Below, piece after piece: positions 42,854 to 53,662 of a stretch of 64,000 nucleotides of DNA (positions within the stretch are counted from its first letter, which is position 1; every line of letters begins with the position of its first letter). The notes beneath the pieces were generated by a model, which was not told the DNA's origin, searched no databases, and saw nothing but the letters and a program-made list of their open reading frames with translations. This stretch comes from Candidatus Marinacidobacterales bacterium (GTDB lineage: Bacteria > Acidobacteriota > Vicinamibacteria > Marinacidobacterales > SMYC01), in the NCBI GenBank assembly GCA_965224085.1, contig CBDCYI010000005.1, positions 448,001 through 512,000 on the forward strand, read 5' to 3'. The translations under genes were made by a program, and so were the position numbers.

Positions 42854-44149
42854 TCAACCGGAGAGGTCGAGCGCGTCGGTGGCAAGGAGCGTTTGCAGGA
42901 GCACGTTCGCGCCCGCTTCGATAGCCTCGGGGCGCGAATATTCCTTGGGGGAGTGGCTGATGCCGTCGACGCTCGGGATGAAGATCATGCCCACGGGCGC
43001 CAGTCGCGCGATGCTCTGAGCGTCGTGGCCGGCGCCGCTCGGCATCCAAAGCGTTGTGAGCCCGAGCACCTCGGCAGAGCTCGCGACGATCTTGCGCAGC
43101 CGCATGTCGGTGGGCGCCGCGCGGCTCAAATAGTACTGGTCGAGCTCGATCGTGGTCTCGTTTCTCACAGCGCGCTCCCGGGCTTGCTTGGCGATCGCTT
43201 CGAAAACGCGGTCAATCTTGTCCATCTCCAGATCGCGGATCTCAAGGCTCAGCTCGACGCGACCAGCAATGACGTTGGGCGCTCCAGGATGAGCTTCGAT
43301 CTTGCCGACCGTTGCGACGTGACGTCCCGACATCTCGGTCACGACAGCGTTCACCGCGTCGACGAAACGGCCCGCCGTGAGCATGGCGTCGTGGCGCTGG
43401 TCCATCGGCGTCGTCCCCGCGTGGTTCGCGAAGCCGGTAACCGTGACGTTCCAGCGTTTGATGCCGACGATGCCTTCGACGACACCGATATCGATCGACC
43501 TCTGGTCGAGGATAGCTCCTTGCTCGATGTGGAGCTCGAGATAGGCGGCGATGTCGCCTGGTTCGCGCCGCACTTCATCGAGCTTCGCGGGGTCGCCGCC
43601 GATGAACGCGATGCCCTCGCCAATGGATTTGTCGGTGTGAGACGGAAGGTCGAGCTCGCCGTCTCGGATCTCACCCGATAGCGCGCGGCTTCCCGTCTTC
43701 CCGTTCTCTTCGTTCTGGAAGAGCACGACTTCGAGAGGATGGCGCGTGGTCACTCCGGCGTCGTCCAGCGTGTGAGCGATTTCGATGGCGCCCATGGAGC
43801 CGACTTGCCCATCATAGTTGCCGCCGTGAGGAACGGAGTCGATATGCGATCCGAACATGAGCGGCGGCAAGTTCGGGTCCGTACCATTGCGGCGACCGAG
43901 AACGTTGCCGGCATTGTCGATACTCGCTTCGAGCCCCGCGCCGCGCATGAGCTCTATCGCGAAGTCGCGTCCTGCGAGATCGGCATCGCTATAGGCCACG
44001 CGGCTGATGCCACCTTCGGGCGTGCGCCCGAAGCGCGCGAGCTCTTCGAGGTGTCGATTCAAGCGTGCGCCGTTGACACGAAGCTCAGACCGCTGATAGG
44101 TCCGAAACGCAAGAAAGCCGAGTGCCGCGAGGAAATCACGCCGATGCAT
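42854..44149 (-). CDS. M20 Zn amidohydrolase (allantoate/N-carbamoylase family) with Tat-like signal
   Basis: MHRRDFL; GSHIDSVPHGGNYDG, NEE, ELHIEQG, NHAGTTPM, SGAGHDAQ, SHSPKE. Confidence 0.92.
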   Translation of the reverse strand: MHRRDFLAALGFLAFRTYQRSELRVNGARLNRHLEELARFGRTPEGGISRVAYSDADLAGRDFAIELMRGAGLEASIDNAGNVLGRRNGTDPNLPPLMFGSHIDSVPHGGNYDGQVGSMGAIEIAHTLDDAGVTTRHPLEVVLFQNEENGKTGSRALSGEIRDGELDLPSHTDKSIGEGIAFIGGDPAKLDEVRREPGDIAAYLELHIEQGAILDQRSIDIGVVEGIVGIKRWNVTVTGFANHAGTTPMDQRHDAMLTAGRFVDAVNAVVTEMSGRHVATVGKIEAHPGAPNVIAGRVELSLEIRDLEMDKIDRVFEAIAKQARERAVRNETTIELDQYYLSRAAPTDMRLRKIVASSAEVLGLTTLWMPSGAGHDAQSIARLAPVGMIFIPSVDGISHSPKEYSRPEAIEAGANVLLQTLLATDALDLSG

Positions 44150-44620
44150 CCGAAGAGTGTAGCAAAGGATGAAGTGGGCCGCCGCCTACCTGCTACCTTC
44201 CGCTCAACGAGAGAACCGAACCGCGACACTGTTATGCGGAGGACTTCCCGGAGAACTTCGCGGTGTTTACGGATGCAGGCTACGTGTCTACCGTGCACGA
44301 GGATGACGGGCCCTGCACCGAGTGCTCGGACAATCCGCTTGTCGCCGCGCAATACGCTCAATGGGGCAATTCGCCCGTCGACTCGATGTCCACCCACATC
44401 TTTTTGAAGGGTGATCCTTGGCAGATCCAAAGCGGCTCGTCCGGCAACTTCTTGACCGAGGACGTCAACTTGCGGAGTGGCGAGGTGACCACGTGGTCGG
44501 ACAAGTACGGGATGAGGATCGTGATCGAGCGAACGCGCTGAAGGCAAAAAAAGCGGGGTGTCCGATCGCAAAAGGGGTTGAGGTTGGACGCCCCGCCGGC
44601 TTTTCGCCAGGGGGAAAGGG

Positions 44621-44870
44621 TTACATCGTCGGAAGCTCGAGATTGATCTTGTGCTTTTTGCCTCCGCTTTCGATGAGCGCGAGCGCGTGCGTCCCATCCA
44701 TACGGAGCGCACGTCGGACTTCGTCGAGCGAGTATTGGCTCGCGGGCTTGCCGTCGATTTCCGCCACCATGACCTCTTCACCAGCGACGCGGACCACGTC
44801 CGATATCTTCAGAATCTGCGAGAAGTGCTCGTCCTTGAATGCCTGGAACAAGGGGCAGGGGCAGCACGGT
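44621..44870 (-). pseudogene. PDZ-like C-terminal fragment
   Basis: VRVAGEEVMVAEIDGKPASQYSLDEVRRAL. Confidence 0.4.
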
Positions 44871-45023
44871 ATCGAGTTGAACGTCAGCCGGGTCATCGTT
44901 TCCATAGGTGCTGCTCCTGCACGGATCCGCCAGGACCGCGCGGCGGGAAAGAGAGTTCAGCCTGTTAGTGGTTACTAAGATGATAGGCAACTGGACCTGC
45001 CGCTGGGAAGCTGCGAAATTATG

Positions 45024-45150
45024 TGCTCCGGCCAACGAATATTTCTGCCAGCGCCTCGCAACGGCCGTTGGAATCGACGTCCCTCGATGCGAGCTCGTGA
45101 GGGTGCCCGAGCCTATCTACGTCGTGGCGCGGTACGACCGCTGCATCGAG
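45024..45150 (+). pseudogene. HipA-like kinase remnant
   Basis: NEYFCQRLATAVGIDVP..YVVARYDR. Confidence 0.6.
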
Positions 45151-45228
45151 CATGGTCGATGTAGACATCCGCCGTTGAGCCGGGTGGAGCTTCCGGCTAC
45201 AATAATGGGCTTGCCTCGACGAGAATGT

Positions 45229-45305
45229 GGCGGGGTAGCTCAGATGGTTAGAGCGAAGGACTCATAACCCTTAGGTCGGCGGTTCAATTCCGCCCCCCGC
45301 TACCA
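45229..45305 (+). tRNA. tRNA-Met (CAT), probably elongator
   Basis: GGCGGGGTAGCTCAG..CTCATAA..GGTTCAATTCC..CCCGCTACCA cloverleaf, 77 nt. Confidence 0.93.
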
Positions 45306-45569
45306 CAAACAGGCGGCGCTTGTCCTGACCAGTCTCGTCCTTTCCGTGCTCGTGCTGGTCGAATCCGATTTGAACGCATTTGGAAAAAAACCGGAAGTCG
45401 AACCGTTTTCGACGCGGCTAACCCGCCGGCAGCCGTGATGGCGCTGGTTGGGGCGAGCCAGTTCACAGCCTATGGGCAAGTTAGGATCGACGGAAGCGCT
45501 CAGGGCAACGATCTCACCGTCAAGGCCAAGGCCTTCGGTACGCGATTGCAGTTCACCGGTGATGACAAA

Positions 45570-46415
45570 AAGCTTGCCTGCTTCGCGTAGGCCACCCCGA
45601 GGTTCGTGTAGAGCGCCGGATTGAAGGGCTCGAAGATCGAGCCTTCTTCGAGCACGTCGATCGCGTCCCGCACGTGGCCGGAGCGAAGGTGGGCGAGTCC
45701 GAGGGCGAAGTACACGTCACCCTCACAAGGTGCGACGGCTATCGCGTCTTTCAAAACGTCGATGGCTTCGCTTACGCGACCGAGTTGGAGGAGCACGCAT
45801 CCGAGACGGTACGCGTGCAGCCACTGCCCCGGCTCTCGCGCTGCGAGCCACGCGAAGATCTCGCGCGATTCCTCGAGCCGGCCAGTGTGGCGATAGATCT
45901 CCGCCACCTGCCGAATGGCCCCCTGGTGCAGAGGCCGTAGCTTCAGCGCGATCGAAAGCTCTGAAAGAGCGACCCGTGCCTGCTCGCGCGATTGGCGCTC
46001 GAGCTCGTCGAGGTGCGCGCGCCACTGTGCAGGGGCGATACCCGAAGACGGGCGCGTCTCGCCATCGGCCCTCCACCGGTAACGAACGTTATCGCTTTGC
46101 CACTTATGGAGGCTGCCGAGCTCGTAGTGCGCTTCGAACTGGCTCGGACGCTTGCGAATCAGCTCTCGATAGGCGTTCGCGGCGGAATCGCTCAGCCCAT
46201 GCAGCCGATAAGCGCGCGCAAGTAAGAACCAGGCGTCGAGGAAGTCCGGCGCTGCCGTGGTCGCTCGTCGAAGTGCCAGGATCGCCTCTTCCGTTTCCTT
46301 GCGCTCGAGGTGGCCGCGCCCGAGTAGGTAGCTCGCGACCGGCTCAGACGGATACGCTTCGAGCTCGATGCGCGCGTCTTTGAACCGGCGTCGCTCGAGA
46401 TGCAGAAGGCCGAGG
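45570..46415 (-). pseudogene. TPR protein internal fragment
   Basis: TPR repeats; N-terminal side cut by IS6 end. Confidence 0.65.
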
Positions 46416-46815
46416 GGTATTGTCAAGTTGACGTTGAGCGAGCGAACCTATTGCGTCGAGCTGACTTCCTTTGCTCTCATCGGACGGCACAGGTTACCTC
46501 CTGCCAGACGATGAAAGCGCGGTCTCGTAGCTCCCGATGATGATGCGCTTGCAACAAATGCCGTCCGACGCGAAAGAGGTTTTGCACGAGTCCATGCACG
46601 GTCAAGAATCGTTGCGCCTGCCCAGGAGCTTTAAACTTCCGCATCTGTCGTTCCCGTTGTCGCGTCGGTTCGTGCGAGACTTCGGCTAGGTTGTTTCTGT
46701 ACTGGTCAGTGTCGTGGACGACGGACGGCATGACCTCGCGGTGAGCGGCGCTGTAGCTTCTCAGTTTGTCGGTGACCAGCTGCCAGGGCGGACGGCCTTG
46801 CCCTTTCAACAGCAC
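46416..46815 (-). mobile_element. IS6 family remnant (transposase C-terminus 46477..46815 plus right end)
   Basis: VTDKLRSY, NNLAEVSHEPTRQRERQMRKFK; end GGTATTGTCAAGTTG. Confidence 0.85.
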
Positions 46816-47745
46816 AGCATGAGCTTCGACGAGGAGACCAACGCGCTCTACGGCGGAATCGCTCCGAAATGGCGCGAAGTCGAGCTCGCCTCTCGGCTAG
46901 AGACGCTGGACCGCCTAGTCGACGGCGACGGCTCTCTCCTCGGGAGGTTTCAGATCCACCAGCGAAGCTACGTCGTACCGGCGAACAAGCTGGCGACGGT
47001 CTTCGAAGCTGCCATCGAAGAGTGTCGCCAACGAACGACCGAGCACATCGACCGGCCGGCCGGCGAAACCTACCGGGTGGAGCTCGTAAAAGGCAAGCCC
47101 TGGGCCGCGTATAGTTGGTACCAGGGTGGTTACGAAAGCCTCATCGAGCTCAACGCCGGCTTCTCGTTGACCATCGATTCGATGATCGATTTGGCCTGTC
47201 ACGAAGTTTATCCAGGGCATCATACGATGCAGGTGCTGCTCGAATCGCGCCTCGTTCGAAGTTTGGGCTGGCAGGAATACACGCTGACACCACTCTTCAG
47301 CCCCTTCTCGGCTTTCTCGGAAGGTCTCGCCGAGATCGGCGTCGAGCTCGTTTTTCCGCCGGAAGAGAGGCGTCGATTCGAGCGGGAGGTCTTGTTTCCA
47401 CTCGCCGGCCTCGCCACGGAAGACTACGAACACTACGATGCCGTACGTCGAGAGGCCAAGAAGCTTCGCGCCGCACAAACGGAAACGGCGCGACGATATC
47501 TCGATCACGAGCTCACCCGACGACAGGCCCGCGACTGGCTCCAGGATTACGCGCTCACCGCCGACGCGGAATCTGCCCTGCGGTTCGTGATGATTTATCG
47601 CTCACATGTCGCGAGCTACGCAGTGGGCGAACGGATGATGGACGACTATGTCGAGAGCCGCGCAGGAACGTCTCAGAAGTGGGACGTGTTCGAACAGATG
47701 CTCAGCGCAGGTGGTTTGCCTCTCGATATTGAGCATCCGCGATGA
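46816..47745 (+). pseudogene. DUF885-like zinc metallopeptidase, N-terminally truncated
   Basis: KPWAAYSWYQG, ACHEVYPGHH, SEGLA. Confidence 0.7.
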
Positions 47746-48150
47746 ATCATCTTGTTCGACAACGGCCTTTTTCCCAAGCACCGGAGTCACAACGGGCAGA
47801 CTTTCATCATCGAGTTCGACCCGACCACGAAGGAAATTGTTTGGAAATACGAAACCGAAGGCTATGCCAACCTAAAGTTTTTTAGCAAGACCATGGGATC
47901 ACAAAGGCGGCTTCCCAACGGCAATACTTTCATCGCCGAAGATAATTCGGGCAGGCTCTTTCAAGTGAAGCCCGACGGCGAGATCGTTTGGGAACTTGTG
48001 AACCGAGGCGGCACGACGCGGCCTTTCCCCGTCCCTTACGATTTCACCCCGCAGCTGAGGGCGCTCGCCCAACCTGAGGAGCTAGCGGTCACACCACCCA
48101 ACAACCTCGAGTGGCACCTAGAGCCCGACGTACTACGAAACAGAAATTGA
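47746..48150 (+). pseudogene. Arylsulfotransferase-like C-terminal fragment
   Basis: LFDNG, EIVWKY, SQRRLPNGNTFI, GRLFQV..GEIVWE. Confidence 0.7.
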
Positions 48151-48175
48151 ACCGGCTAGAGCCCCTCCTCGGTCT

Positions 48176-49360
48176 CTAGGATGGAGGTAAGCTCTCGAGC
48201 GGAACGGGCATGATGTTCCATGTGAACCGACCGAGATCGTCTTCGAACGTCCACAACGTCTCTCGCTGCCAGCCTGCGTCAGAAAGAACGTAACGCCTCA
48301 GCTCGGCTTGATCGTCGCTCGCGACATAGAGCTCGTCCCGACCGTCCTCATCCAAATCAAGAAGAATCGAGGCGTGCTCGAAACCTGAAGAGTCCGAAGC
48401 GATGAGCTCTTTTTCCCACATTCCCTCGCCCGGCCGCAAAAGCCAGAGGCCGGCTTTGTGCGTCGCCGCCACCATTTCTTTATCACCGTCGCCATCCACA
48501 TCGCCGACCGTGAGAAAACGACACAACTTGTCGTCGAGCGTGGCCACGATATTGGCCGCCGTTGGATCCGTGTCTTGATTGTAGCCGCGAATCTCCACCT
48601 TCCCCCCAGAGATTGCTTCCACAGACACGTAGAGCTCGTCGCGCCCGTCGCCATCGACGTCGTCGACGAGGATCTCCTTGGCGTGGCGGTCCCCGAGATC
48701 GACGACATCCGCCCGGCCTTCGCCGGAAGCGGGGACGTAGCGTGCGACTTTGCCGGGCTGTGCCGTTCCATCCACTTTGTTGGGTGCGGTGGGCGTAGCG
48801 TAGATCTCGACGATGCCGTCGCCGTTCAAATCCCCGAGTTCGATCTCATGGACGACGGTATCGGGGGTGCGGTCGAGCTCTTCGATAGAAAAGCCGCCCG
48901 CACCATCCGGCCGCAGGACTGCGACCACGCCTTGGTCATGCGTGGCGACGGCGATGGCTTGGGAGCCGTCGCCGTAGATATCTCCGATCTCGGCGTCTCG
49001 CATGCGGCTGAACCTTCCACCGAAATCCACGTCCCAGAGCGTGTCCAAGCTGCCATCGGCGCCCCATAGCTTCACGGCGGCCCTCATGCCGCCGAGGGTC
49101 AGCAAGCTCTGCCGATAGTCCATCGCCTTGTGGAAGACGTTGCTGTCAGGGTCCTCGATGAAGCGGTAGCGCCACGCTCCACCTTCGCGCGTGAGTATCC
49201 CAACGCGCGCCGGGAGCGGGTTGGGGGAGCCGTCCGCGTTCTCGCCGAGAGCGGCCATGCTCAAAACGAGCGCCTGATCGAGATCGGGACCCCCGCCGTC
49301 GCCGCAGGCACCTAGAAACGAAGCGGCCGTGACCACAGCCAACCATTGCATGTGTCTCAT
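48176..49360 (-). CDS. FG-GAP/VCBS repeat lipoprotein
   Basis: Lipobox FLGAC; repeated GDxxGDG motifs. Confidence 0.85.
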   Translation of the reverse strand: MRHMQWLAVVTAASFLGACGDGGGPDLDQALVLSMAALGENADGSPNPLPARVGILTREGGAWRYRFIEDPDSNVFHKAMDYRQSLLTLGGMRAAVKLWGADGSLDTLWDVDFGGRFSRMRDAEIGDIYGDGSQAIAVATHDQGVVAVLRPDGAGGFSIEELDRTPDTVVHEIELGDLNGDGIVEIYATPTAPNKVDGTAQPGKVARYVPASGEGRADVVDLGDRHAKEILVDDVDGDGRDELYVSVEAISGGKVEIRGYNQDTDPTAANIVATLDDKLCRFLTVGDVDGDGDKEMVAATHKAGLWLLRPGEGMWEKELIASDSSGFEHASILLDLDEDGRDELYVASDDQAELRRYVLSDAGWQRETLWTFEDDLGRFTWNIMPVPLESLPPS

Positions 49361-49406
49361 CATGCGCCACAGCATACAATACATGTCCCAATTAGGAGGC
49401 TGAGCC

Positions 49407-52400
49407 ATGAATCGAGCTGTCCTGGCCCTTTCGTTTCTTTTGGTCCTATCCCTCGGAGGCGCCTCTGGCGCGCAAGACACGAGCCCAGTGGATCTCGTGC
49501 TGAGCCAGCTCGAGTGGCGCAATATCGGGCCCGCCATCATGGGCGGGCGCATCGACGACTTCGCCGTCGTCGAGTCGAATCCGCACATCGCGTTCGTCGC
49601 GACCGCGTCGGCCGGCATCTGGAAGACAACGAATAACGGTGTGACGTGGAAGCCACTCTTTGACGACCAGCCCAACTCGAGCATTGGCAACATTGCGGTG
49701 GCCCCGTCCGACCCCTCGATCGTCTGGGCGGGAACCGGCGAGGCGGCGAATCGCCAGAGCTCGTCCTGGGGCGACGGCGTCTATAAGTCGACGGATGGCG
49801 GCGAAAGCTGGACCCACATGGGCCTCGAGAATACGCATCACATCGGCCGGGTTCACATCCATCCGCGAAACCCCGACGTCGTTTATGTTGCAGCGATCGG
49901 CCATCTCTGGGGGCCCAACGAGGAGCGCGGCGTCTACAAAACGACCGATGGCGGCGAGACTTGGACGAATACGAAATTCATCGACGAGAACACCGGCTTC
50001 ATCGATATGGCCATGGATCCCGAGAGCCCCGACACGCTTTACGCCGCGGCGTATCAGAGGCGGCGCCGCGCCTACGGGTTCAACGGCGGCGGGCCGTCGA
50101 GTGGTCTCTACAAAACGACCGACGGCGGCACGAGCTGGAAGAAGCTCACCGAGGGGCTGCCTACTGGAGATATGGGGCGCATTGGAGTCGATATCTATCG
50201 CAAAGACCCGCGCATCGTCTACGCGATCATCCAGAACGCGGAAGGCGGCATCTTTCGCTCCGAGGACAAAGGCGCGAGCTGGACGAAGATGAGCGACACC
50301 AACCCCCGGCCGATGTATTACAGCACCATCCGCATCGACCCGCAAAACGACCAGCGCATCTGGGTCATGGGCGCGCGGATGTTCAACTCGGTGGACGGTG
50401 GCAAGACGTTCGTCGACGATCACGTGACGATGATTCACGGCGACTATCACGCGATGTGGATCAACCCGGAGAATTCCAACCACATGCTCCTGGGCTCCGA
50501 CGGCGGCATCCACTATTCCTACGATCGCGGTCTGACGTGGGATTTCGTCAATACGCTCGCGCTCGGCCAGTTCTACGAAGTTGGCTTCGATATGGAAACG
50601 CCGTACAACATCTACGGAGGGCTCCAAGATAACGGGAGCTGGGGCGGTCCCGTGCGCACCCGCTACCAGCAGGGAATCACGAACGAAGATTGGTTCCGCG
50701 TTGGCGGAGGCGACGGTTTCTACACTCAGATCGACCCCAACGATCCAAACACCGTCTATGTCGAGTCCCAGAACGGGAACTTGCGGCGGCTCGACCTCGA
50801 GAGCCTCGAAACCAAGAGCATCCGGCCCGAGCCGGACGATGGAGAAACGCGCTACCGGTTCGACTGGAACTCCCCGGTGCTGATCTCACCGCACGACTCG
50901 ACGACGATCTACTACGGCGGGAACCGTTTGTTCACGTCCAAGAATCGCGGCGACGTGTGGACGCGAAGCGTGGACCTGACGAAGAACATGGACCGCGACG
51001 AGATGCCGATCATGGGCGTGATGCCGAGCGAAGAGACCCTGTCACGAAATGACGGGATCTCGAGCTACGGCCAAATCATCACGATCAGCGAGTCACCGTT
51101 GAAAGCGGGGCTTCTATATGTGGGGACCGACGACGGCAATCTGCAAGTCTCGCGCGATGGCGGCGAGAGCTGGGCCAATGTCTTCGACCGACTCACCGGC
51201 GTTCCCGACCCGACCTATGTGAGCCGCGTGGTCGCCTCGCAGCATGCGGAAGGACGCGTTTACGCGACACTCGACGGGCACCGCAACGACGACTTCGGCA
51301 CCTATGTCTTTGTGAGCGACGACCACGGAGAAAGCTGGCGCCGGATAACGAACGGCATGCCCGAAGGCCACACGATGAACGTCATCCGGGAGCACCCACA
51401 AAACGAGAATCTGCTCGTCGCCGGCGGCGAACTCGGCGCTTACATGTCGCTCGATCGCGGCGCGACGTGGCACGAGCTTACCGGTCCACTCCCGCGCGTA
51501 CCCGTCGACGACATCGCCATCCACCCACGCGAGAACGATCTCATCCTTGCGACCCACGGACGCAGCATATGGGTGCTAGACGACATGACGCCTCTCGCAA
51601 AGATGAGCGAGTCCGTCATGAGCGCCGACCTCCATCTGTTCGAGATCCGCGACGCGATCGGCTACCGCACCTTTCGTCACAAGGGAAATACTGGACACAA
51701 GATGTTCATCGCCCCCAATCCGCCCGAAGGCGCGCTCGTCTCCTACTATGTGAAGGAAGAGGACGAAAACGACGTCCACATCACCGTGACCGACGCATCG
51801 GGTCGCGTCGTGCGAGAGCTCGAAGGCTCGGGGCAGCGCGGGCTCAACCGAGCGAACTGGGACTTGAGATATGAGGGGCCGATACCCGACGCGTCAACGG
51901 GCGGGGGCGGGTTCGGTGGTCCGCCACCAGGGCCAAGGGTGCTCCCGGGGACGTACACCGTCAAAGTGGCGCTGGGCGAGCACGAGGCGACGCGCTCAGT
52001 GAGCGTGAGCGATGACCCCAATGTGCGCGCCACATCAGGCGATCGGCGGGCCCACCTGGACTACTTGCTGGAGCTGCGGCGTTTGATCTCGGAGATGCAC
52101 GAGGCCCATCAGATGGCGGCCGACCTCGACGAGCAGCTTGCGAGCCTCGAGACGTCGCTCGAGAACGCGGACACGGTGCCCGAATCGGTGACGACGGCAC
52201 TCGCCGCCGCTCAGGAGAAAGTCGGTGAAGCCGCTAGACTCTTGTCTCGCGATGAAGGCCGACGCGGCTTTGGCGGGGGCGGCCCACGGCCTTTATTCCA
52301 AAGAATGTCACGGAACGCGCGCGCCGTTGACGGATACACCGAGGCGCCCAGCGCGAAGCAGAAGTCTCAGTTGACTGCCTGGGCGCGGGCGCTCACCGAG

Positions 52401-52520
52401 CGCAAAAGCGCGCTCGACGCCGCCGTGAGCGGAGAAGTGGCGGAGCTCAACCGCGCGATCGAGGAGAGCGCCGTTCCCCGGATTCTGGCAAGACCGGTAG
52501 GACGCCCGACAACTCAGTAG
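49407..52520 (+). CDS. VPS10/sortilin-like BNR glycosyl hydrolase
   Basis: GGAGG RBS, signal peptide, many S/TxDGGxxW repeats, GGLQDNGSW, GGGDGF, ATHGRSIW. Confidence 0.92.
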   Translation: MNRAVLALSFLLVLSLGGASGAQDTSPVDLVLSQLEWRNIGPAIMGGRIDDFAVVESNPHIAFVATASAGIWKTTNNGVTWKPLFDDQPNSSIGNIAVAPSDPSIVWAGTGEAANRQSSSWGDGVYKSTDGGESWTHMGLENTHHIGRVHIHPRNPDVVYVAAIGHLWGPNEERGVYKTTDGGETWTNTKFIDENTGFIDMAMDPESPDTLYAAAYQRRRRAYGFNGGGPSSGLYKTTDGGTSWKKLTEGLPTGDMGRIGVDIYRKDPRIVYAIIQNAEGGIFRSEDKGASWTKMSDTNPRPMYYSTIRIDPQNDQRIWVMGARMFNSVDGGKTFVDDHVTMIHGDYHAMWINPENSNHMLLGSDGGIHYSYDRGLTWDFVNTLALGQFYEVGFDMETPYNIYGGLQDNGSWGGPVRTRYQQGITNEDWFRVGGGDGFYTQIDPNDPNTVYVESQNGNLRRLDLESLETKSIRPEPDDGETRYRFDWNSPVLISPHDSTTIYYGGNRLFTSKNRGDVWTRSVDLTKNMDRDEMPIMGVMPSEETLSRNDGISSYGQIITISESPLKAGLLYVGTDDGNLQVSRDGGESWANVFDRLTGVPDPTYVSRVVASQHAEGRVYATLDGHRNDDFGTYVFVSDDHGESWRRITNGMPEGHTMNVIREHPQNENLLVAGGELGAYMSLDRGATWHELTGPLPRVPVDDIAIHPRENDLILATHGRSIWVLDDMTPLAKMSESVMSADLHLFEIRDAIGYRTFRHKGNTGHKMFIAPNPPEGALVSYYVKEEDENDVHITVTDASGRVVRELEGSGQRGLNRANWDLRYEGPIPDASTGGGGFGGPPPGPRVLPGTYTVKVALGEHEATRSVSVSDDPNVRATSGDRRAHLDYLLELRRLISEMHEAHQMAADLDEQLASLETSLENADTVPESVTTALAAAQEKVGEAARLLSRDEGRRGFGGGGPRPLFQRMSRNARAVDGYTEAPSAKQKSQLTAWARALTERKSALDAAVSGEVAELNRAIEESAVPRILARPVGRPTTQ

Positions 52521-52955
52521 TTAGGGAGACGTGAGCCCGGCGATGAGCTCGGCGACTTCGGAGTCGTTTGGCCGGTGTTGTCGAGCTTTTCGCAACGCTT
52601 CGAGAGCCCGCTCCCGATCTCCCAGCTGGGAATGCGCCCGACCCAGGACTAGCTGGACGTAGAAACGGTCACGGCTCTCCTCGGGCAGCGCGACTTTCCC
52701 CGCTCAAAGCGCCCAAGGGTGACATCGATCTTGAACCTGGCGCGAACCGCAAAACGGTGCGGCGCGATTCTGCCGGGCGGGTGCGTTGGGCCGTTACGTT
52801 TCAAGACATCGCTGACGTCACGCATCAGTGATCGGTGATCCGTGACCCTTACGCGACCCACGTTACGCGACGAGCATCCGAAGACGGTGTCCCTCCCAAA
52901 GCTGTCGAGCGTACCTAGTCACGCGGTCGCGGCGATCGCTTCAACCGTACCGTCG

Positions 52956-53642
52956 TCAGAATGCCAGTGTCGGCGACGCCGCGTTGAGGACAGCGCGTTT
53001 GTCCGCCGATCCCCCGTCGAGCTCTTGGTCCAACGCGTCGAGAAGTGCCCGAAGATCTTCTTCCGCCGAAGCGTGTAACCCCTCGGCAACGACGAGGGCA
53101 CGGCGGGTCTCGGCGCTTACGGTGGACTTGCGACTCTGCCGGAAGGTCCAGCGTCGAGCGTGAGCGTGATCGGCCGCGTCCGCAAAGATGACTTCGCCCT
53201 CCGGAATAGTTTCCATCTCGCCACTCCACGCAAGGTAGGTCTCGGTGCCGTGGGCATGGCGCACTTCGAGGAACTCCTCCACCTGCGCGAGGTCGAAAAC
53301 CGCGACGGGAAGTGCTACGGCGAGGGACATCGCGTTACAGAGGTCGATGAGCGGGTGGAGTCGCGGCAGCTCACCCTCGCGCTTGAAGCGACGGAGGAGT
53401 GCCTCTGCGGCGGAGCGGTACTTCGTCGGCTTCAGGCCCATCTGTGAGTAAGCCCGGCGCCACGCTGCGATCTCCGGCATTTCGGCCTCCGGTCCCTTCT
53501 CCATGCGCGCCCGCGCTCGTCGAAGCCAGCGCTCGAGCCGATGCTCCAGGTCGACGATGGGCTCGACAGGGTCGAGCACCAGAACCGCGGGAACGAGTTG
53601 TGGGAACTCCCGCCAGAGTGTCTCGGAGTGACGGAAGTGCAT
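52956..53642 (-). CDS. B3/B4 domain protein (PheRS-beta-like editing domain)
   Basis: AWRRAY..MGLKPTKYRSAAEALLRR, PLIDLCNAMS. Confidence 0.88.
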   Translation of the reverse strand: MHFRHSETLWREFPQLVPAVLVLDPVEPIVDLEHRLERWLRRARARMEKGPEAEMPEIAAWRRAYSQMGLKPTKYRSAAEALLRRFKREGELPRLHPLIDLCNAMSLAVALPVAVFDLAQVEEFLEVRHAHGTETYLAWSGEMETIPEGEVIFADAADHAHARRWTFRQSRKSTVSAETRRALVVAEGLHASAEEDLRALLDALDQELDGGSADKRAVLNAASPTLAF

Positions 53643-53662
53643 CGCGGTTCCAGCTCAGCGGG

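Noticed and set aside
44543-44620. Long hairpin as ncRNA
   Set aside because: Lies between convergent gene ends with A/T tracts; a terminator is the simpler explanation
52530-52950. Possible gene fragments between the VPS10 and B3/B4 genes
   Set aside because: Looks like coding debris but no family could be recognised
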